From the NCBI GenBank assembly GCA_052035525.1, contig JBPOHN010000012.1:16489-80488 (forward strand): a DNA stretch of 64,000 nucleotides, read 5' to 3'. Below, in pieces: positions 58,421 to 64,000 of this stretch. The notes beneath the pieces are model-generated. The model worked only from the letters and a program-made list of their open reading frames with translations. It was not told where the DNA came from and made no database searches. Numbering within the stretch: the first letter of the stretch is position 1; each line of letters starts with the position of its first letter. A program made the translations under genes and the position numbers. This DNA comes from Armatimonadota bacterium (GTDB taxonomy: Bacteria; Armatimonadota; UBA5829).

Positions 58421-58738
58421 GTGTCTGAGCGCGCAGCCCCCACTCAACAATTTGCGGCTGTTCATCGTATAATAGCAGTAGGAAAACACAAGCGGAGGCA
58501 GGCAATTTTGACTACCAAACCGTTAGCGGTAATGCGCAGGGACATCATAGCCTCGACTGGCCCTGCCGTCTACGGCATCAACCGTATGGACAAGGTGAAG
58601 TCTCCTCAGGGCGAAATGTTCACATTCCTGGGAGTCTGCGACGGCGTCGCCTACCTGGAGCGTGACGACAAGACCAAAGGCCAGCCCATAGAGGAGATCG
58701 ACACCGAGGTCTTCGCCAGGTGGCGGAAGGTGTCCTGA
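58421..58738 (+). CDS. hypothetical protein (start uncertain)
   Basis: ORF only; no recognisable domain. Confidence 0.25.
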   Translation: MSERAAPTQQFAAVHRIIAVGKHKRRQAILTTKPLAVMRRDIIASTGPAVYGINRMDKVKSPQGEMFTFLGVCDGVAYLERDDKTKGQPIEEIDTEVFARWRKVS

Positions 58739-58744
58739 TCGTCA

Positions 58745-58793
58745 CCCTGAACTCGATTCAGGGCCCAGGCAGATGCTGAACCTGGTTCAGCAT
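58745..58793. repeat. structured palindromic repeat (CCCTGAA-N5-TTCAGGG + ATGCTGAACC-T-GGTTCAGCAT) between convergent genes
   Basis: full copy; reverse-complement partner at 27139-27188. Confidence 0.55.
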
Positions 58794-58803
58794 GACGTGT
58801 TGT

Positions 58804-59937
58804 CTAGTACCTACCGTAGCTCCTGGCTACTTCCACCATAGCGCGGATGTTGTCGTCGGGGGTATCGCGGCCGCATTGGTCGCCGGTCGATAGGATGTAG
58901 CCTCCTCCGGCGCCGGCGGCGTCGATCGCCGCCTTCGACGCGGCGCGAACATCATCCGCCGATCCGCGAAGCATCACATCGGTCGTGTGCAGGTTTCCCA
59001 TCAGCGCGATTCTCTGACCGTCCGTTCTCTTCACCTCGGCAAGATCGCAATCCCCCATCGGCGGGACCTCCAGCGGATTCACGCTGTCCAGGTCTGTCTC
59101 GGTTGCCAGGATGTGGATCAACTCCCGCTCCTTGCCGCAGCAGTGAAGCATCGAGGGCACGCCGGCCTTGCGGCACATGCTGGTGATCTTCTGAATCGTG
59201 GGCAGGCTCGTTTTCCGCCATATCTCGGGCGAGCTGAGCGTCCACATTCCGCTCGCGCCCAAAAGCAGGAAGTCCGGCCTGGCGTCGATGAGCAGCTCAG
59301 CAGTGCGTATGTGATGCTCAGACATTATGCGGATCAGCTCGTCGAACTCCTCCGGATAGTCTTGCATTGCATAGATCGCGCTCATAGCACCGCCCTCGAA
59401 CCAGCCGTGGAGTTCGTGAAGCCCCGGCACGCCTACGGTCGCACCGACAGCGGCGTCATCGCCGGCATAATCCATCTGTTCGCGCAGCGGTGCCGGATCA
59501 TAGCCGGTGATCTCCGTGAACATATACCTCACCTTTGGCAGGTCCTCACGGAGGTCTTTGATCCAATGCCTGGTGGATGTGGGCGGGTCGGCGACATAGT
59601 AGGTGGTTTCGGACGTCATGTCACCCGCAGGGGTATGGACGGTGTGTTCGACGACGATCCTCTCGGCGTCGATTGAGATCTCCCTATGCTCCCACTTGCA
59701 TCGGCTCTCCTGACCCTTGAAATGGACAGAGCCGTAGTAGTGCCATCCGTCCATCTTGTAGTAGCGCACGGCGTCGATATAAGCGCGCCATAGGGGAGGG
59801 TTGCCCGAGCGGTAGATGTCCCAGAAAGGTTTGCCGGTGAGACGGCAGGGGACCATATTCGAGATGTCGGGGGCGACCGGAACCATATCCGGCTGCTTCC
59901 CGACCATAGCCGTCAACATACGCTCTTTGCTAGTCAT
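58804..59937 (-). CDS. uroporphyrinogen decarboxylase (URO-D) family protein / MtaA-like methyltransferase
   Basis: URO-D fold motifs across 377 aa. Confidence 0.65.
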   Translation of the reverse strand: MTSKERMLTAMVGKQPDMVPVAPDISNMVPCRLTGKPFWDIYRSGNPPLWRAYIDAVRYYKMDGWHYYGSVHFKGQESRCKWEHREISIDAERIVVEHTVHTPAGDMTSETTYYVADPPTSTRHWIKDLREDLPKVRYMFTEITGYDPAPLREQMDYAGDDAAVGATVGVPGLHELHGWFEGGAMSAIYAMQDYPEEFDELIRIMSEHHIRTAELLIDARPDFLLLGASGMWTLSSPEIWRKTSLPTIQKITSMCRKAGVPSMLHCCGKERELIHILATETDLDSVNPLEVPPMGDCDLAEVKRTDGQRIALMGNLHTTDVMLRGSADDVRAASKAAIDAAGAGGGYILSTGDQCGRDTPDDNIRAMVEVARSYGRY

Positions 59938-60035
59938 AGGGGCATTCTAGCAGAAAGCGAGGCGGTTGTGAACGCAATCTGGCTGGGCCGCGCACAAAGG
60001 CGCGCGGCTGATTGCAGCGGTGACGCCCAACAAGC

Positions 60036-60317
60036 TTAGCTGGCGCTGTGCTCCGGCTGTCTCATGTCGACGAGTCCGAGCATAGTGGCCCGTCGCATAG
60101 CCTGCACTCGATTCGACACCTGCAACTTCTCGTAGATCCGAGCCAGGTGGAAATCGATTGTGCGCTTGCTGCAGTAGAGAGCGTTGGCGACCTCACGCGA
60201 GCTCTTTCCCTCCAAGACCAGAGTCAGGACCTCGATCTCACGCTTGGTCAGTCTGACCACTCGTTCCTCTTGAGTGCCTTCCGACCGATCGGCTGCCACG
60301 GAAGTATCTCCTTTCAC
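60036..60317 (-). CDS. LuxR/GerE-family HTH transcriptional regulator (stand-alone)
   Basis: LTKREIEVLTLVLEGKSSREVANALYCSKRTIDFHLARIYEKL. Confidence 0.7.
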   Translation of the reverse strand: MKGDTSVAADRSEGTQEERVVRLTKREIEVLTLVLEGKSSREVANALYCSKRTIDFHLARIYEKLQVSNRVQAMRRATMLGLVDMRQPEHSAS

Positions 60318-60701
60318 CTACTCACATCATCCCATTCTTCCGGAACAATGGACGACAATCACAGGAGCCAGATGACTGCTCCTTCTGCCGTTTCGTTGGG
60401 TGACGAGCCCCAGCCTGTACCACAAGGGCTGTGCAGCGCGCTTCGACTGGTGCCAGGAGAATAGTGCCCGAGATGCACTATATACTCGCAATCGAGATAA
60501 CTGGGATAGAGGAGGGCAATCGCAAGGGCGCTGCGAAAGCCGGTACTACTGAGAAAATTGTCTTTGCAATGTGAATGCGTCGACGGTGTTACAGGCCGAC
60601 AGGACTCAGGATCCCCCAATCCATTCCAGGCTCCGACCTTTGTAAATCCGTTCCGGCGGAGTCTGCCGAGACCTTCCTAATGCCTCTGTCTTGTGCGAAA
60701 A

Positions 60702-60717
60702 CCAGCAATATTGCTGG
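60702..60717. promoter_or_regulatory. perfect 16-bp palindrome CCAGCAATATTGCTGG in LuxR/AKR divergent intergenic region
   Basis: direct reading; lies in 570-bp partly AT-rich noncoding stretch. Confidence 0.4.
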
Positions 60718-60931
60718 GCTCCGACAACCGCAGTATACCCCAGCGTTCAGGGCGTGTCAAGGGCTCATTTACCATTAGATTTAAATGCCTGCAAGCCTTA
60801 ATACTTGTTCATTTCTTGCATCGCATATTTGCAGGCAGTGGACACCAGTCATCGCGCAATTGGGTTTAGCCGGAAGAAATCCGTGGGAAGAAGCTGAATG
60901 CTCAGCAGTTACTCTAGAGCAGGAGAAGCCA

Positions 60932-61903
60932 ATGGACTATACGCACCTGGGACGCAGTGGTCTGCTGGTCAGCCGCCTGTGCCTCGGCACTATGAACTTC
61001 GGCCCGCAGACCACGGAGGAAGGCAGCTTCGCACTGATGGACCGCGCGCACGAGCACGGCATCAACTTCTTCGATACCGCCAACGCCTATGGATGGAAGC
61101 TGGGCGAAGGTGTTACCGAGCAGATAATCGGCCGGTGGTTCGCCCAAGGCGGCGGGCGGCGCGAAAAGACGGTGATCGCAACTAAGGTTTACGCGCAGAT
61201 GGGTGACTGGCCCAACGAAAGCAAGCTTTCAGCGCTCCACATCATCCGCGCGTGCGAAGACAGCCTTAGAAGATTGCAAACTGACCGCATTGACCTCTAC
61301 CAAATGCACCACATCGATCGGGACTGCCCCTGGGAGGAGATATGGCAGGCCATGGAGACTCTGGTCCTGCAGGGAAAAGTGATCTACGTCGGGTCCAGCA
61401 ACTTCGCGGGCTGGCATATCGCCCAAGCGAACGAGGCGGCGCGGGCGCGGCACTTCATGGGCCTTGTGTCCGAGCAGTGTCTCTACAACCTGAGTGAGCG
61501 CACGGTGGAGTTGGAAGTTCTGCCCGCGTGCCTCGGCTATGGCCTGGGAGTCATACCGTGGAGCCCGCTCGGCAGTGGTATTCTCGGCGGCGCGCTGCAA
61601 AAGGCGGCGGAAGGAAGACGCGCGCAGCCAGGGGTGCAGGAGAAGATCGAGATGAACAGGGAGAAGCTGGAGCGGTATGAGGCCCTGTGCTCCGACATAG
61701 GCGAACACCCGGCGAATGTGGCGCTGGCCTGGCTGCTGGCGAATCCTGCTGTCACCGCCCCAATAATCGGACCGCGAACACTGGAACAGCTAGACGGCAG
61801 CCTGCGCGCGCTGGAGATCAGACTCTCGTGCGAGACAATGCAGCGGCTGGATGAGATCTGGCCCGGCCCCGGCGGACCCGCGCCTGAGGCTTTTGCGTGG
61901 TAG
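60932..61903 (+). CDS. aldo/keto reductase
   Basis: ATG 60932 with GGAGAAG RBS; MDYTHLGRSGLLVSRLCLGTMNFG. Confidence 0.85.
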   Translation: MDYTHLGRSGLLVSRLCLGTMNFGPQTTEEGSFALMDRAHEHGINFFDTANAYGWKLGEGVTEQIIGRWFAQGGGRREKTVIATKVYAQMGDWPNESKLSALHIIRACEDSLRRLQTDRIDLYQMHHIDRDCPWEEIWQAMETLVLQGKVIYVGSSNFAGWHIAQANEAARARHFMGLVSEQCLYNLSERTVELEVLPACLGYGLGVIPWSPLGSGILGGALQKAAEGRRAQPGVQEKIEMNREKLERYEALCSDIGEHPANVALAWLLANPAVTAPIIGPRTLEQLDGSLRALEIRLSCETMQRLDEIWPGPGGPAPEAFAW

Positions 61904-62050
61904 AACGACGGCCGCAGGAGGGCTGACCACCCTCCTGCGCAGTTGCCACCCCCATCGCATCCTCTGCAATGTAGAGCGAGTGCTTCCGCATCGCCTGGCC
62001 ATCTGATGTATAATGGCTCATCTTGCCTCGCGCCGCTGATGGAGGGATTG

Positions 62051-62794
62051 ATGGTCTGCGAATACCGGACGAGTGATTTCGAGACGCTGCGGATGGACTA
62101 CCGCAACCCGTTTGCGGAGCTTGAGCCACTGGAACGTGAGATCGCCGTAGTAGACGAGGCTCTGAAAGTGCTGGTGGAAGCTGGGATTCTGCCGCATGCC
62201 CGGTATGATAATGATAAGTTCTTGGCGCATCGAAAGGCCGTCGCGGAGCTCTTCGAAATCCCCTGGACCGCCATCACTCCCCGAATGCAGCGTCTGTTGT
62301 ACGCCATCAATGCGATCCGCCAGCCGCGCAACATGCTGGCCGCGGGCGTCTTCTGCGGCAACACGTTCTTCTCCAACGCGGGAGCTGCCGCGGGACCCGG
62401 AAAGTGCTATGAGGCGGAGAACCTGATCGGCATAGAGATCAAGCCCGAGGACGCCGCGCGGGCTGAACGTAACGTTCGAAGGATCGACCCGAGCGGTGTT
62501 GCGAGAGTAGTCGCTGCGGACGCGGTCGATGTGGTTGCTGGGTTCCCCTCCCAGATCGATTTGCTGTACCTGGACGCGGACGGCGACGCGCGCCGTGGGA
62601 AAGGGATCTACCTCGACATTCTGGAAGCCGGCCTTGGCAAGCTGCCGAAGGGCTCGATCGTGCTAGCGCACAACAGTGTCAATGCTGCACCGCGGCTGGC
62701 GCGCTACCTGGAGTTCGTGCGCAACCCCGCGAACTTTGCATCGAGCGTCAATGTCATACTGGACTGTGAGGGGCTGGAAGTATCGGTACGTTAG
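62051..62794 (+). CDS. class I SAM-dependent methyltransferase
   Basis: ATG 62051 with GGAGGG RBS; Rossmann MTase motifs (LLYLDADGD). Confidence 0.6.
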   Translation: MVCEYRTSDFETLRMDYRNPFAELEPLEREIAVVDEALKVLVEAGILPHARYDNDKFLAHRKAVAELFEIPWTAITPRMQRLLYAINAIRQPRNMLAAGVFCGNTFFSNAGAAAGPGKCYEAENLIGIEIKPEDAARAERNVRRIDPSGVARVVAADAVDVVAGFPSQIDLLYLDADGDARRGKGIYLDILEAGLGKLPKGSIVLAHNSVNAAPRLARYLEFVRNPANFASSVNVILDCEGLEVSVR

Positions 62795-62880
62795 GATCTG
62801 CCTCGCACGCGTGCCCAACCGCCTGCGGTGCAACTGCCATCGCCGGGCCACGGGATGTCCGCGACACCTCGCCGGTCGGC

Positions 62881-63207
62881 TCAGAGCACAGTTGACTTGG
62901 GTGTAATCAGGCTCTCTACCACCTCAGAGGTGACTACTTCGCCTTCGATGATCTCCGGCGGCAGGGGCAACAGGTCCGCCGCCCATTCCTTCACCGCGTC
63001 CCGAGCAAGTTGGTTAGACAGGTCGGCCCCAACTTTGTCGGCGAAGACGCTGATGGATAGAAGGCAATCGTGCGCCGTATGCACGTGGTAGAAAGCCTTG
63101 AAGCCCGGTATTGTGATCAACTGCGGCAGGAACTTGTTCCTCGCCAGGTCGATCACCTCATCGATGGACTCCGGGTCCATGCGGTACCGACGGATCACTA
63201 CGTACAT
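62881..63207 (-). CDS. antibiotic biosynthesis monooxygenase (ABM)/Dabb-like small protein
   Basis: 108 aa ferredoxin-like ABM pattern. Confidence 0.5.
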   Translation of the reverse strand: MYVVIRRYRMDPESIDEVIDLARNKFLPQLITIPGFKAFYHVHTAHDCLLSISVFADKVGADLSNQLARDAVKEWAADLLPLPPEIIEGEVVTSEVVESLITPKSTVL

Positions 63208-63390
63208 TTCTGGCCTCCTGTGCTGCCGCGCTCATATTACTTTTACCCGTTCCAGGCCCGAACCCCAGCTTCCGTGGACTGATGAGATCTCACAGTCGAG
63301 CTGCGGGGCAAAATGGGGAGGACAGCTCTGCGGGCTCGTGTAAACGTTTACATGGCAATTCGTGAAGTAAGACGACTTAGAGGACAAGCT

Positions 63391-64000
63391 ATGGACAAGG
63401 TGAGAATGGGCGTTATCGGCGTGGGCGGAATGGGCAGCCATCACGCCAGGTATCTACAAGCAGGCGAGGTCAAACGGGCGGAGATTACGGCCGTTTGCGA
63501 CATCGATGAAGACAAGCTCAAGAACTGGTCCGGATTGGAGACCTTCGACGACAGCGCGCAGTTGATTCGTTCCGGCCTTGTGGACGCGGTGATAGTGGCA
63601 ACTCCGCACTACGATCATACTACGATCGGCATTGACGCGATGCAGCAAGGACTGCATCTGCTGACCGAGAAGCCTATATCGGTGCATAAGGCAGACTGCG
63701 AAAGGCTGATAGCTGCCCACACGGCAAACCCCAAGCTGGTGTTCGCCGCCATGTTCCAGCAGCGCACCGATCCGGTATGGAAGAAGATGAAAAAGCTTAT
63801 CGACAGCGGTGAGCTTGGCGAGATCACCCGGATCACCTGGATAATCACAGACTGGTTCCGGACGGAAGCATACTATGCCAGCGGAGGATGGCGGGCAACC
63901 TGGAGTGGAGAGGGAGGAGGAATCCTGCTCAACCAGTGCCCGCACAACCTCGACATGTGGCAGTGGCTATTCGGTATGCCCTCGAAAATCCGGGCATTCA
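63391..64000 (+). CDS. Gfo/Idh/MocA family oxidoreductase, N-terminal fragment (runs off window end)
   Basis: MDKVRMGVIGVGGMGSHHARYL Rossmann N-terminus; no stop before 64000 so absent from ORF track. Confidence 0.75.
   Translation, partial: MDKVRMGVIGVGGMGSHHARYLQAGEVKRAEITAVCDIDEDKLKNWSGLETFDDSAQLIRSGLVDAVIVATPHYDHTTIGIDAMQQGLHLLTEKPISVHKADCERLIAAHTANPKLVFAAMFQQRTDPVWKKMKKLIDSGELGEITRITWIITDWFRTEAYYASGGWRATWSGEGGGILLNQCPHNLDMWQWLFGMPSKIRAF

Noticed and set aside
59938-60035. GCCGCGC-N8-GCGCGGC hairpin between LuxR-type gene and URO-D-like gene
   Set aside because: No downstream U-tract on the transcribed (minus) strand; too weak to call a terminator.
1-64000. Search for CRISPR arrays, tRNA/rRNA genes, transposases or integrases
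   Set aside because: No spaced direct-repeat arrays, no cloverleaf-like conserved tRNA segments and no transposase/integrase-like ORFs were seen. The only interspersed repeats are the short palindromic elements reported above.

Overview
High-GC (~60%) bacterial chromosomal segment dominated by a ~45-kb flagellar/chemotaxis island (about 8.1–53.0 kb). The island is two long gene arrays on opposite strands whose 3' ends converge at 25546/25556. Plus-strand array (8.2–25.5 kb): fliG-cheX-fliM | flgF-flgG-flgA-flgH-flgI-flgJ(rod-binding domain only)-flgM-flgN-flgK-flgL-fliW | flagellin | fliD-fliS-fliT-like-M14 peptidase. Minus-strand array (~23 kb, 48.4→25.6 kb): flgB-flgC-fliE-fliF-(short fliG-like)-fliH-fliI-fliJ-SLT transglycosylase-fliK-flgD-flg_new-flgE-flbD-motA-motB-fliL-fliN-(LysM)fliO-fliP-fliQ-fliR-flhB-flhA-flhF-flhG-small membrane ORF-fliA-two unknown ORFs. 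Immediately upstream (48.5–53.0 kb) are a dedicated rpoN, a sigma-54-dependent response regulator and a hybrid histidine kinase. Two perfect sigma-54 promoters sharing an identical 20-mer lie upstream of flgB and of flg_new/flgE. The gene content is Firmicutes/Spirochaete-like (flbD, fliW, flg_new (TIGR02530 family), flhF/flhG, fliA at the operon end) but with L/P-ring genes (flgH, flgI, flgA), so the host is probably a diderm outside the well-studied Proteobacteria; taxon not determinable from sequence alone. Left flank: epimerase fragment, flotillin/SPFH, sulfatase, and a radical SAM–copC–copD operon. Right flank: sugar ABC transporter, PP-loop ATPase, GNAT, YceH, URO-D-like, LuxR-type regulator, aldo/keto reductase, methyltransferase, ABM monooxygenase, Gfo/Idh/MocA oxidoreductase fragment. 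No rRNA, tRNA, CRISPR or transposase genes recognised. The ORF track uses alternative start codons shown as M, so several starts were re-picked from RBS context. Most notable observations: a short FliG paralog occupying the canonical fliG slot while a full FliG sits elsewhere; an rpoN inside the flagellar locus carrying a Cys4 zinc-ribbon insertion; several peptidoglycan-active proteins embedded in the flagellar operons; a ~50-nt structured palindromic repeat family with compensatory stem changes; and sigma-28-like promoters with an unusual TYAAG -35 element.
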